64,000 bases of DNA from an uncultured Chlamydiae bacterium. GTDB lineage: Bacteria; Chlamydiota; Chlamydiia; Chlamydiales; JAJFMA01. Under the pieces are notes generated by a model. The model was given only the letters and a program-made list of their open reading frames with translations, had not been told where the DNA came from and searched no databases. This document shows positions 1 through 9,684 of the stretch, one piece after another (within the stretch, counting starts at the first letter, position 1; every line of letters starts with the position of its first letter). The position numbers and the translations under genes were made by a program. The stretch spans positions 3,776,001 to 3,840,000 of the forward strand of contig CAVQMM010000001.1 of assembly GCA_963713615.1 (NCBI GenBank), read 5' to 3'.

Positions 1-1684
1 CTCTGTTTTCTTTTCGTGGAATGGTCAGGCCCTCGATCACAAGCTTCCTCTGTTGCGATCAGAAAAAAAACTGTGCGATGCTGTCCTACGCCTGCTCAAG
101 ATGACAGGAATCGAAGCGCGTACCGTTTTCTGTACGTTGGGTTTTGAACAGGAATATTTTATCATCGACCGTACCCTGCGAGATTTTCGTCCAGACTTGG
201 CCTTGGCGGGTCGAACCGTCTTTGGCGCACCTTCCGCAAAAGGTCAGCAGCTGCAGGATCACTACTTTGGAGCCGTTAAAGAGCGCGTTTTAAGCTTCAT
301 GGACGACTTTGAGACCCAGGCTTTTGAACTGGGTATCCCAGTCAAGACACGTCACAATGAGGTTGCGCCTGCCCAGCATGAAGTTGCTCCTGTCTATGAG
401 CGTGTAGCGGTGGCTACGGATCATAATATCCTGCTCATGGAGATCATGCGCAAGGTAGCTGGGAGGCATCAGCTTACCTGCCTCCTGCATGAAAAGCCTT
501 TTGCAGGTTTGAACGGCTCTGGAAAGCATGCTAACTGGTCTTTAGCGACCGACACGGGGATTAATCTATTCAATCCCACGGATACCCCAGAAAATAACTG
601 GCACTTCTTGGTGATGGTGACGGCGGTATTGCACGCTGTGCATAGCCATGCCGCGCTACTGCGAGCCTCTGTAGGGTCGGCTTCTAATGATTTGCGCCTT
701 GGTGGACACGAAGCTCCCCCAGCTATTATGTCGGTGTATTTGGGTGAGGTGCTAGATAACCTTATAGAGACCATCATCAAGGGTGGCCAGCATAAGTCCG
801 GAAAAAAAGCTGCCTATGACTTGGGCGTGCCCTTAATACCTGGATTGCCTAAGGACAACAGCGACCGCAATCGAACCTCTCCTTTCGCCTTCACAGGCAA
901 CAAATTTGAGTTTCGTGCTGTCGGCGGTAGTGCCAACCCCGCTTTCGCGGTAACTACACTCAACAGCATTGTGGCTGAGAGCTTGATCAGCATTCTTGAT
1001 GAAGTCGAGAAGGCTGGTAAGGTCCCCGCACATCCCACGCCAGCGTTCTTCAATGATGTCTTGTTGCCGGTATTGCGTAAGTATCTGAAAGCTTCTAAAG
1101 ATGTGTGCTTTTCCGGGGATAACTATAGCGAAGCCTGGGCTAAGGAAGCGAAGCGCCGTCATCTGCCCAATATTGAGAAGTCCATTGATGCCTTTGAACA
1201 GCTTATAGACCCAAAAACTGTGCAGGTCTTCAAGGGTGTCCTGTCTAAGGAAGAGCTCGCTAGTCGCTATGAGGTCGCCCTGGAGACCTATGGTCACCAT
1301 ATTGACATTGAGTCTAAGCTGATGGTTGAACTCTTTGCCACCTATGTTCTTCCTGCAAGCCTGCGTTTTCAGAAGGAACTCGCCAGCAGTATTTCGCATT
1401 GTAGCGAGGTACTTGGCAAGAAAGGACACTTCGAAGAACAGAGAGGTTTACTGCAGCGTGTCAATGAGCTGATTGAAAAAGGTTCTATCGCTGCTCGCGA
1501 ACTCGAGATCTCTCGCAATAAAGCCCAGCACTCCCAAACTCTTTCCAAGCGAGCTAAAGCTTTTTGTGATCAAGTCGTCACCAAAGGAGATAAGTTGCGC
1601 GCTGTCGCCGATGACCTGGAAATGCTCATCGATGATCAGCTATGGACCTTGCCTAAATATAGGGAGATACTCTTCTCATTGTGA
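1..1684 (+). CDS. glnA: Glutamine synthetase type III (5' part lies outside the window)
   Basis: GSIII motifs LGFEQEYF, TRHNEVAPAQHE, HEKPFAGLNGSGKH, DRNRTSPFAFTGNKFEFRAVG, C-terminal W.LPKY.E.LF; the frame is open from base 2 (SVFFSWNGQALDHKLPLLRS). Confidence 0.95.
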   Translation, partial: SVFFSWNGQALDHKLPLLRSEKKLCDAVLRLLKMTGIEARTVFCTLGFEQEYFIIDRTLRDFRPDLALAGRTVFGAPSAKGQQLQDHYFGAVKERVLSFMDDFETQAFELGIPVKTRHNEVAPAQHEVAPVYERVAVATDHNILLMEIMRKVAGRHQLTCLLHEKPFAGLNGSGKHANWSLATDTGINLFNPTDTPENNWHFLVMVTAVLHAVHSHAALLRASVGSASNDLRLGGHEAPPAIMSVYLGEVLDNLIETIIKGGQHKSGKKAAYDLGVPLIPGLPKDNSDRNRTSPFAFTGNKFEFRAVGGSANPAFAVTTLNSIVAESLISILDEVEKAGKVPAHPTPAFFNDVLLPVLRKYLKASKDVCFSGDNYSEAWAKEAKRRHLPNIEKSIDAFEQLIDPKTVQVFKGVLSKEELASRYEVALETYGHHIDIESKLMVELFATYVLPASLRFQKELASSISHCSEVLGKKGHFEEQRGLLQRVNELIEKGSIAARELEISRNKAQHSQTLSKRAKAFCDQVVTKGDKLRAVADDLEMLIDDQLWTLPKYREILFSL

Positions 1685-2331
1685 CGGTTACTTCCAAAGC
1701 TATACCACAGGTGGGCATCCTAGGAGGAACCTTCGATCCTCCGCATTTTGGCCATATTAACCTTGCCGTTAGGATCATGGAGGCGCACGACCTGGAGGAA
1801 GTCTGGTTTTGCCCGGCATGGTCTAATCCGTTTAAGCAACGGCAAGAGACGAGCTCTGCCGAGCATCGCCTAGCCATGACGCGTCTGGCCATCGAAGGCG
1901 TCCCTCATTGTCACGTATTAGACATCGAATGTGCCCGGCAAGAGATTTCCTATACTGTAGAAACGCTGCGCGAACTCGTCGCGATGGAGCAGCAGCGCCC
2001 TCAACCGCGGCAGCTGCGTCTGTTGCTAGGCACGGATACAGCGCAGCATCTTGCTGATTGGCGCGAGCCTGAAGAAATTATTGCCTTGGCCCCACCACTG
2101 GTGGGTTGTCGCTTTGGGTGCGATGAACTTTCCAATGGTTCGGCTAGCCCTGTGGTTCTTGCTGCCCTAGAGAAAGGCAAAACAACCATCCCTCTCCTCG
2201 ACATCAGTAGTACCGACATACGTCGCTGTCTTTCCAAGGGGCTGTACTATAGACATCTAATCCCTTTAAAAGTGGTAGACTACATTTGCGCCCATCATTT
2301 ATACTTTACGCTTTTAGATGGTCCATCTTGA
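1681..2331 (+). CDS. nadD: Nicotinate-nucleotide adenylyltransferase
   Basis: GILGGTFDPPHFGH (HxGH), SYTVETL and ISSTDIR motifs; GTG start overlaps the glnA stop. Confidence 0.95.
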   Translation: MTVTSKAIPQVGILGGTFDPPHFGHINLAVRIMEAHDLEEVWFCPAWSNPFKQRQETSSAEHRLAMTRLAIEGVPHCHVLDIECARQEISYTVETLRELVAMEQQRPQPRQLRLLLGTDTAQHLADWREPEEIIALAPPLVGCRFGCDELSNGSASPVVLAALEKGKTTIPLLDISSTDIRRCLSKGLYYRHLIPLKVVDYICAHHLYFTLLDGPS

Positions 2332-2431
2332 ACTTGCTGGTTATGGATGGATTCCCAGGCGCGTGCTCTTGTAAGGCGTACCCGATTATAGGCCCTGAAA
2401 GAAGGCCACCTTCTTTTCAATTAGGTTTTAA

Positions 2432-2818
2432 ATGACAAAAGAGACGACATCCCCCGTAGCGGAAATCGTCAGGGCAATACACGATAAAAAGGGCTTTAAC
2501 ATTCTAGTCTTAGATGTTCAGGATGTTTCTACCCTTACTTCCTACTTCATTATCGCTGAAGGAAGAGTGGAGCGACACCTGAAAGCTATCTCTGGTGAGA
2601 TTTTGGAACGGTTAAATAAGTTGCAGAAAAAGCCCCTTCACCTAGAAGGTGAAAGCGATGATTGGCTTGTGGTAGACTATGGTGACGTTATCATACACCT
2701 CTTCAAACCTGAGGTGCGCGAGAAGTATGCTCTTGAAGAGATGTGGCGTGAAGGCAAAATCGTCGATATTGCCATCGAGGATGATGCTGTAGACCAGGAA
2801 GATGACGGTTTCTTCTAG
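2432..2818 (+). CDS. rsfS: Ribosome silencing factor (Iojap family)
   Basis: DKKG.NI..LDV, YFIIAEG and WLVVDYGDVIIHLF...R.KY.LEEMW motifs. Confidence 0.95.
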   Translation: MTKETTSPVAEIVRAIHDKKGFNILVLDVQDVSTLTSYFIIAEGRVERHLKAISGEILERLNKLQKKPLHLEGESDDWLVVDYGDVIIHLFKPEVREKYALEEMWREGKIVDIAIEDDAVDQEDDGFF

Positions 2819-2824
2819 GAGTAT

Positions 2825-3112
2825 ATGGCAATGCCCTTCACCATAGGTGGTCAGTGGGTACCCTCTGAACCGGAACGTGCCAAAACCTCCGGGCGGCCTG
2901 TTAAAGTGCGGACTGAGAAACGCAATCAGACAGTAGTCACAGTGGTATTGAACCTCAGCCGTGAGGTAGAAGAACTAAAGGAATTGGCCTCATTTCTTAA
3001 GAAACGCACCGGTGGTGGTGGAACAGTAAAGAATGGGGTAATAGAGATCCAAGGAGACAAGGTAGCACTTGTTCAGCAACTTCTCCTGGAAAAAGGCATC
3101 AAAGCGCAGTAG
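2825..3112 (+). CDS. SUI1/YciH-family translation initiation factor
   Basis: LKK..GGGGTVKNGVIEIQGD signature. Confidence 0.9.
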   Translation: MAMPFTIGGQWVPSEPERAKTSGRPVKVRTEKRNQTVVTVVLNLSREVEELKELASFLKKRTGGGGTVKNGVIEIQGDKVALVQQLLLEKGIKAQ

Positions 3113-3155
3113 GTCATTTAGCAGTAAATGGTAATTAGCAACCTTTTGGAGACTT

Positions 3156-4403
3156 ATGGATAGGAAGCGAATCGTCGTAACGGGACTGGGAGTGGTTTCT
3201 TGCTTTGGCAACGACGTTGACGTCTTTTATAATACATTATTAGCAGGGAAGAGTGGTGTTGTACCGATCGACCGTTTTCCCTGTGACGAATATCCGACTC
3301 GGTTTGCTGCTAGCATACCAAACTTTGACGACGAGGGTTTTGTCGACAAAAAGCTTCGCCGCCGTATCGATACCTACATGGCCTATGCCATCGTAGCAGG
3401 CAAAAAAGCGTTGAAATATGGAAATATCGACGCAGAAGCGCTAGAAAAATTCGATAAAGAGCGCTGTGGCGTTCTCATCGGTTCCGGTATGGGCGGGATG
3501 TCCGTCTATCTCGATAATATCAAAACACTCTTCGATCGCGGCCATACAAAAATATCGCCCTTTTTTATTCCATATACCTTGACGAATATGGGTGGAGCCC
3601 TCTTAGCCATTGATCTTGGGTTTATGGGGCCTAACTACTGCATTTCGAGCGCCTGCGCAACAGGTAACTACGCGATTAATGCTGCGGCTAACCATATTCG
3701 TAATGGCGATGCTGACCTCATGCTTTGTGGTGGTGTAGAAGCTCCGATCAATATCGCTGGTTTAGCGGGTTTCTGCTCCTGCAGAGCGCTATCTCGCCGA
3801 AATGAGCATCCCGAAGGAGCCTCGCGTCCTTGGGACCGCGGTCGTGATGGTTTCGTCATGGGTGAGGGGGCCGGTATTGTTTTGCTTGAAAGCTTGGAAC
3901 ACGCCAAAAAACGCGGCGCACCGATTTATGCCGAATATCTTGGCGGTGGCTATTCTTGCGATGCCCATCATATCACCGAGCTTCGTCCTGATGGAGCTGG
4001 TATTGCATTATGCATGCGAAATGGTTTGAAAGATGCGCGTGTCAATGCCGAGGATGTTAACTATATTAATGCTCATGCCACATCTACGCCACAAGGCGAT
4101 GTAGCAGAGATTCAAGGCATTCGCCAAGTCTTCCCTGACCTCAACAAGATCTCCCTGAATGCTACAAAATCGATGATTGGTCACCTCCTCGGCGGAGCTG
4201 GCGGCGTCGAGGCTATTGTTTGCGTTAAAGCCATCATGGAAGGCAAGCTGCATCCTACGCTCAACCAGGAAGATCCCGAAGTTGGCGCGGATTTACATAT
4301 TCCTAAAGAAGCTATCGATAAGAAAGTAAAGGTTGCCCTTTCCAATTCCTTCGGGTTTGGAGGCCATAATGCGGCCATCTTGTTTGGTGCTTTTGAAGGA
4401 TAA
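3156..4403 (+). CDS. fabF: 3-oxoacyl-ACP synthase II
   Basis: RIVVTGLG, SACATG (catalytic Cys), NAHATST, KSMIGHLLG, SNSFGFGGHN. Confidence 0.97.
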   Translation: MDRKRIVVTGLGVVSCFGNDVDVFYNTLLAGKSGVVPIDRFPCDEYPTRFAASIPNFDDEGFVDKKLRRRIDTYMAYAIVAGKKALKYGNIDAEALEKFDKERCGVLIGSGMGGMSVYLDNIKTLFDRGHTKISPFFIPYTLTNMGGALLAIDLGFMGPNYCISSACATGNYAINAAANHIRNGDADLMLCGGVEAPINIAGLAGFCSCRALSRRNEHPEGASRPWDRGRDGFVMGEGAGIVLLESLEHAKKRGAPIYAEYLGGGYSCDAHHITELRPDGAGIALCMRNGLKDARVNAEDVNYINAHATSTPQGDVAEIQGIRQVFPDLNKISLNATKSMIGHLLGGAGGVEAIVCVKAIMEGKLHPTLNQEDPEVGADLHIPKEAIDKKVKVALSNSFGFGGHNAAILFGAFEG

Positions 4404-4406
4404 AGC

Positions 4407-4820
4407 GTGGCTGAAGAGAGTTCTTACGGGATTATTGCTTTTAGAAAGCAAGAGAGCCAGTGGCAGGTGCTGCTCGTATTGCATAATCAAGGGCACTGGT
4501 CTTTTCCCAAAGGGCGCATAGAAGCTGGCGAAGACCCTAAGCAGTGTGCCATCCGCGAATTTCGTGAAGAAACCGGATTGAAAATCTCTCGTTTTCTATC
4601 CGACCTCTCCTTTGTTGAACACTATGAGCTTTATCGCGACTCCGTGTTAACGCATAAAACCGTCACCTATTTCGTTGCCGCGGCTAGTGGAATCCCTCAA
4701 CCGCAGGAGGAGGAGGTTAGCGAATGTCGCTGGGTTTTCGTCGGTGCTGCAGAGCAACTTATCACGCATCAGGCCGCTCGGCAAGTTTTTAACGACGTTC
4801 TAGCACGTGTTTCTTTGTAG
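4407..4820 (+). CDS. NUDIX hydrolase (Ap4A hydrolase-like)
   Basis: Nudix box HWSFPKGRIEAGEDPKQCAIREFREETG; lies directly after fabF, as in chlamydiae. Confidence 0.9.
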   Translation: MAEESSYGIIAFRKQESQWQVLLVLHNQGHWSFPKGRIEAGEDPKQCAIREFREETGLKISRFLSDLSFVEHYELYRDSVLTHKTVTYFVAAASGIPQPQEEEVSECRWVFVGAAEQLITHQAARQVFNDVLARVSL

Positions 4821-4900
4821 CCTTTTTCAACAAAACACTTGCTTGTCATTGCCTTTTCATTATACAAGTTGGTGATCGGATAACGTTTTATCATATCGCC

Positions 4901-7135
4901 GTGTATGATCTGCAAGATGAGGTCGTTTTTATGTTGTTTAGCGAAATTTCCAGGAAGAACATGCCTTGGATGGCCTGCAGCGCCATTGTTTTGTTCGGGG
5001 TAGTAGTTGATGAGGCTGTAGAGGCTACCTGGGGGATATCAGAATCATCAATTGTTCTAGTTAACGCTCCAGATGTCGCTGAAGCCGGTCAAATTGGGGG
5101 GCAGGGTAGCTCACGCAATGCCCTCTTAAAGCCAACCGGGCGTGCGAATAATCCAACTAATCGTATCACCGCATCAGAGCCAGCTGGAAGTCAGAATCCG
5201 AAAAAAAGCGAGGACGTCAAGCAAAAGAATTCTGACAATGATAATGACGACGACGATGATGACGATAATGATGACAATGATGATGACGATAAGGCCAAGT
5301 CCGACAAAGATCATGTAAAAGACAAAGGGCAGGATAAGGACAAGGACAATAATGAAGATGATAATGACGATGACGATGATAATGACGATGATGATGATGA
5401 CGACGATGAGGATGATCAGGACAAGAATGACAAAAAGGGAAAGCCTGATGCCGTTAAGAAAGCTCTAGCAAGCGATGCGCTGGATAATGATGACACCTTC
5501 GAAATTGTGCTAACGGCTGATGAGGACTCTCCAGCAGCTGTCTCTAAAAAGGCTGATCCAAAAGGTGAGGCTGAGGTTGTCAATTGGTTTGAAATCGGCG
5601 ACAGATATTACTTCGGTGAAGGTGTTATCCAGGACTTTCATGAGGCCGCCAAATGGTACCAGAAAGCTGGAGAGCGTGATTATGCACCAGCGCAGAAAGC
5701 TTTGGGCTACATGTATGTCTATGGGGAAGGCGTTCCGATTGATTACAAGCAAGCCTTGAGTTGGTATACAAAGGCCGCAGATCAAGGTATTGCTGAAGCC
5801 CAAAATAATCTGGGAACGCTTTATGAGCGCGGCTGGGGGATCGATGCCCCAAATCTAAGCGAAGCGGCAAAGTGGTATGATAAAGCAGCTCAGCAGGGGC
5901 TATCCATAGCTCAAAATAACATGGGCACAATGTACCAAACTGGACGAGGTGTTCCTCAGGACCTACATAAAGCCTTATATTGGTATCAGAAGGCCGCTGA
6001 ACAAGGTGACATCTTCGGCCAATACAATCTAGGCTGGATGTATGAAAATGGCGAAGGTACCAGCAAGAACCTGGCGCAGGCGGCTAAATGGTATGAGAAA
6101 GCTGCCGAGCAGGGTTTACCTGTTGCGCAAAACAATTTGGGACGTCTCTATCAATTTGGCTGGGGTATGGAAAAGAGCCCCCATAAGGCAGTAGAGTGGT
6201 ATCGTCACGCTGCTGATGCTGGTGATCCCAGAGCACAGAGCAATATTGGAACCATGTATGAGCTTGGTGAGGGAGTCCCTCAAGATAGCCAAGCCGCAGT
6301 GGCTTGGTATCGCAAGGCCGAATCACAAGGCGATGCCTTTGGCGAGTACAATCTAGCACGCCTCTATGAGTCTGGTGTTGGTGTTGAGAAGGACCTTGCT
6401 AAGGCTGTAGACCTCTATCAACGTGCTGCTGAGCAGGATCTCGATGATGCGCAGAATAACCTTGGACGTCTCTATCAATATGGCTGGGGAGTTGACAAGG
6501 ATGACGCTAAAGCTGCTGAATGGTATCGTCGCTCTGCCAACCATGGTAATGCTCGAGCGCAGAGCAATTTAGGTGCCATGTTTGAAGTTGGTGCTGGTGT
6601 GCCTCAGGATATCGAAGAGGCCTCTAAGTGGTATGCCCAGTCTGCAGCTCAGCAAGATTCCTTTGGCTCTTATAATTTGGGACGTATGTATGAGCAGGGA
6701 ACAGGAGTACCTCAGGATTATTCTAAAGCCATAAAACTCTATGAAGCTGCTGCTGAGCAGGGCTTTGCTATGGCCGAAAACAATCTTGGTCGTTTGTACC
6801 AGGGTGGATTGGGTGTTCCTAAGGATCCAGAAAGGGCTGCTTCGCTATATCGCCGTAGCGCGGAACACGGCAATTCGCGTGGTGAGAGCAATTTAGGCAC
6901 GATGTATGAAATGGGTACGGGTGTTCCGCAAAGCTATCAGCAATCGATCTATTGGTATCGTAAAGCTGCTGACCAGCAAGACGAGTTCGGTTTGTACAAT
7001 CTAGGTCGCATGTATGAGGCGGGTTGGGGTGTAGAGCCCGATTATCAAGAGGCTCTTAAACTATACCGCGAAGCTGCCAAGCGGGGATTAGCACAGGCTC
7101 AGCAGGTCCTCAAAGAGCGAGGAGTCAGCTGGTAA
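4901..7135 (+). CDS. Sel1-like repeat protein with an Asp-rich N-terminal region (start uncertain)
   Basis: 14 SLR units (A..NLG..Y..G.GV.QD...A..WY..AA.QG); poly-Asp tracts encoded at about 5230-5420. Confidence 0.92.
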   Translation: MYDLQDEVVFMLFSEISRKNMPWMACSAIVLFGVVVDEAVEATWGISESSIVLVNAPDVAEAGQIGGQGSSRNALLKPTGRANNPTNRITASEPAGSQNPKKSEDVKQKNSDNDNDDDDDDDNDDNDDDDKAKSDKDHVKDKGQDKDKDNNEDDNDDDDDNDDDDDDDDEDDQDKNDKKGKPDAVKKALASDALDNDDTFEIVLTADEDSPAAVSKKADPKGEAEVVNWFEIGDRYYFGEGVIQDFHEAAKWYQKAGERDYAPAQKALGYMYVYGEGVPIDYKQALSWYTKAADQGIAEAQNNLGTLYERGWGIDAPNLSEAAKWYDKAAQQGLSIAQNNMGTMYQTGRGVPQDLHKALYWYQKAAEQGDIFGQYNLGWMYENGEGTSKNLAQAAKWYEKAAEQGLPVAQNNLGRLYQFGWGMEKSPHKAVEWYRHAADAGDPRAQSNIGTMYELGEGVPQDSQAAVAWYRKAESQGDAFGEYNLARLYESGVGVEKDLAKAVDLYQRAAEQDLDDAQNNLGRLYQYGWGVDKDDAKAAEWYRRSANHGNARAQSNLGAMFEVGAGVPQDIEEASKWYAQSAAQQDSFGSYNLGRMYEQGTGVPQDYSKAIKLYEAAAEQGFAMAENNLGRLYQGGLGVPKDPERAASLYRRSAEHGNSRGESNLGTMYEMGTGVPQSYQQSIYWYRKAADQQDEFGLYNLGRMYEAGWGVEPDYQEALKLYREAAKRGLAQAQQVLKERGVSW

Positions 7136-7198
7136 TTGATTTTCAAGCAAAGGTAATAAAGAAGTTATTATCCGAAAGTAGCAAGTTTGATTCCATGT

Positions 7199-7407
7199 GA
7201 CTCAAAAGGTTGGCTGGCGCAATTTCCTATGTGGCGCAGTCATTCCATGACTGCGGATGGACCTTCACCCACACAACCTCATGAAAAACAATCTTCTGTG
7301 GCGCAGTCATTCCATGACTGCGGATGGACCTTCACCCACACAACCTCATGAAAAACAATCCTTTGTGGCGCAGTCATTCCATGGGCGCCACATTGGAAAT
7401 TGCGCCA
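7199..7407. repeat. REP-like cluster, family B: three tandem TGTGG-CGCAGTCA-ttcca-TGACTGCG units (third truncated) at 67-bp period inside an outer inverted repeat
   Basis: Units start at 7230, 7297 and 7364; the two 41-bp linkers are almost identical; outer IR ggcgcaatttcc...ggaaattgcgcc. Confidence 0.85.
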
Positions 7408-7544
7408 ATCAGTCCAGTTCGTCCATATCTCTATGATTACCCAGCTAGTCAACAAGGGCAATTCCCCACGTTAAATTAATATTTACTTTATTGTGTTGTT
7501 TGTATAAAATATAATACCAATAAAGTTATATTAATTAGGTTTTT

Positions 7545-9389
7545 ATGAATATTAGTCATTTTTCTTGTTCAAATAGTACTAGTGAATCAAGCAGATCTAA
7601 TGTAGCGTTTAGAGGCATACAGGCCATGTCTCAGCCCATGCCCCCTAGCGGCCTCCAGGTGACGCAGGCCCAGCTGTTTCCACATGAGCCTACGCAAAAT
7701 ACAGCAAATCCGAAACAGCAACCCTGCACAGACTTAACACAGAGCTCAATTGTTAAATCTTCCATCTCCTTGCGAGGGGAATTTCTTTATCAAGGGGAGG
7801 TCGATGACAAGAAAAATCCTATTGGACCTGGAGAATTAGTTCACCCAAATGGAAAAAAGTATTTGATTCAGGCTGAAGATCCAGGTCGAAGAGTTCCAGA
7901 TACGGGCTGGCGCATGATGCCGCCTAATGCAAAGCCATTATATATCGCATACTCGGGTGGATACTTTGTTGCAAATGAGCTTGAAGGGCGCCTTCAGGTT
8001 CTTTGTAGCAATGGAGGCACCAAGAGCATTAGGGCCAGTTCTATTTGGAAGGAGAAAAGGATTGTTCAACCCCTCACAAGACCGACGCCGCTTCCTAAGA
8101 CGCCGCTGACCCAACAAGCAATTAAACCAGTGAATCCAGTTCCGAACCATGTGGAGCCAAATGGCAACGTCACAGTTTCCAAGAACTTTCCAAATGGACA
8201 GACATATGTTGGAGGATGGTTAAACAATCGCTTCGAGGGTCAAGGAAAGCTAACCCAACCCGATGGATTCGCATGTTCCGGTGAGTTCAAAGGCGGTAAT
8301 TTTGTTAAAGGCAAGGTAAGCTATCCTGATAAGACCACCTATGAGGGGTCAATGCAAAATGGAAAGTTTCATGGTCAGGGAACACTTATCAAGCCTAATG
8401 GCAGCGGATTCCGAGGCAATTTCAATCAAGGCGTATTCCAGGGCCCTGGTGTGTTGAAAGATCAAGGACGAATGTTTGAAGGAATGTTTGTGAAGAACCT
8501 TATTGTTGAGGGCAAGCTAACTTATCCCAATGGCGGCTGGTATAAGGGTGAGTTTCGAAGGCAGTGCCCTTGGGGTATGGGAGAACGGCTTTGGGCAGAT
8601 AAGAAAACACATTTCTTTGGCAGCTGGGTGAATGGTTTTCCCCTTAGAGGCATCCTGACTTCCCCTGGTGGAAATATCTATTCTGGGGAGTTTTTGGCTG
8701 GCAAGCCCAATGGCGCGGGTACTCTAAACTATCTCAATGGAGATGTCTATGCAGGGACATTTGCCAATGGCCAACCTGATGGTAAAGGTCGGTTAAGATA
8801 CCACGACGGGAGAGTGTACAAAGGGATATTCGCTAATGGCCGACCCAATGGTTGGGGTAAGCTAACCTATTTCGATGGGACCGTTAAAACGGGCCAATTC
8901 AACAACGGCGAAGTCCAAGGGGTTGTGTTAATCACCTATACTGACAAAGCGACATACACGGGTCCTATTGAAAATGGCGAGCCTCATGGGGATGAAGGAA
9001 CCCTTACTTTTCGGCACGGCGAAACCTATACAGGGCCATTCTTTCGTGGGCGCTACCAAACTTCGGTTGTACTGACGGATGGACGAATTTACAAAGGAGA
9101 GTTTCGAAACGGAATCATGGATGGCATCGGGAGGCTAGAGCTTTTAGATGGGAGTATCTATCTTGGGCAGTTCAAAAATGGCTTGGCTCATGGCTTTGGA
9201 GTCGTAGAACGGGCAGATGGCACCGCTTGGACGGGAAATTTTGAGGAAGGACAGCCTCTCCCGGAGACAGGAATAGAAATAACCAAACAGTCCGGCTCAT
9301 ACGCTAGTAAAAACGACCCTATGGACATGCAGAACACGATTTACTACGAGTTGGAGGAGCTAGGATACTATTGGCCCCCTCAGGAATAG
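7545..9389 (+). CDS. MORN-repeat protein, paralogue 1
   Basis: Many Y.G.F.NG...G.G.L.Y.DG repeats; Ser-rich low-complexity N-terminus. Confidence 0.9.
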   Translation: MNISHFSCSNSTSESSRSNVAFRGIQAMSQPMPPSGLQVTQAQLFPHEPTQNTANPKQQPCTDLTQSSIVKSSISLRGEFLYQGEVDDKKNPIGPGELVHPNGKKYLIQAEDPGRRVPDTGWRMMPPNAKPLYIAYSGGYFVANELEGRLQVLCSNGGTKSIRASSIWKEKRIVQPLTRPTPLPKTPLTQQAIKPVNPVPNHVEPNGNVTVSKNFPNGQTYVGGWLNNRFEGQGKLTQPDGFACSGEFKGGNFVKGKVSYPDKTTYEGSMQNGKFHGQGTLIKPNGSGFRGNFNQGVFQGPGVLKDQGRMFEGMFVKNLIVEGKLTYPNGGWYKGEFRRQCPWGMGERLWADKKTHFFGSWVNGFPLRGILTSPGGNIYSGEFLAGKPNGAGTLNYLNGDVYAGTFANGQPDGKGRLRYHDGRVYKGIFANGRPNGWGKLTYFDGTVKTGQFNNGEVQGVVLITYTDKATYTGPIENGEPHGDEGTLTFRHGETYTGPFFRGRYQTSVVLTDGRIYKGEFRNGIMDGIGRLELLDGSIYLGQFKNGLAHGFGVVERADGTAWTGNFEEGQPLPETGIEITKQSGSYASKNDPMDMQNTIYYELEELGYYWPPQE

Positions 9390-9684
9390 CTTGTCCGGTG
9401 TGTATTCCAACCCTATCCTATTAATTGTTTAAAATAAAGTTAAACCTATGACTCTGAAGATGGTGGGAGTGATCCTGCATATCATGCCGCGAAGCGAGCC
9501 TGCGCATCCTGTTAAAGTCCATTTTAGTTGTATCTACACTATGCTTCACCTATCAATGTTTTCGTGTTGGTTTTCTTGTCCGTTGTGAATCAATCACATT
9601 CTAGATTAGAGTGTACTTTATATGGTTTTTTGTGTAATTTGGTTTTTTGTATAAATAGTATATGCATAATAATTAGAGGTTTTT

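Noticed and set aside
7230..7385. CRISPR-like array (26-bp palindromic repeat with 41-bp spacers)
   Set aside because: The two spacers are nearly identical, the repeat is dispersed elsewhere in both orientations, and no cas genes are present; it fits a REP/BIME-like tandem better.
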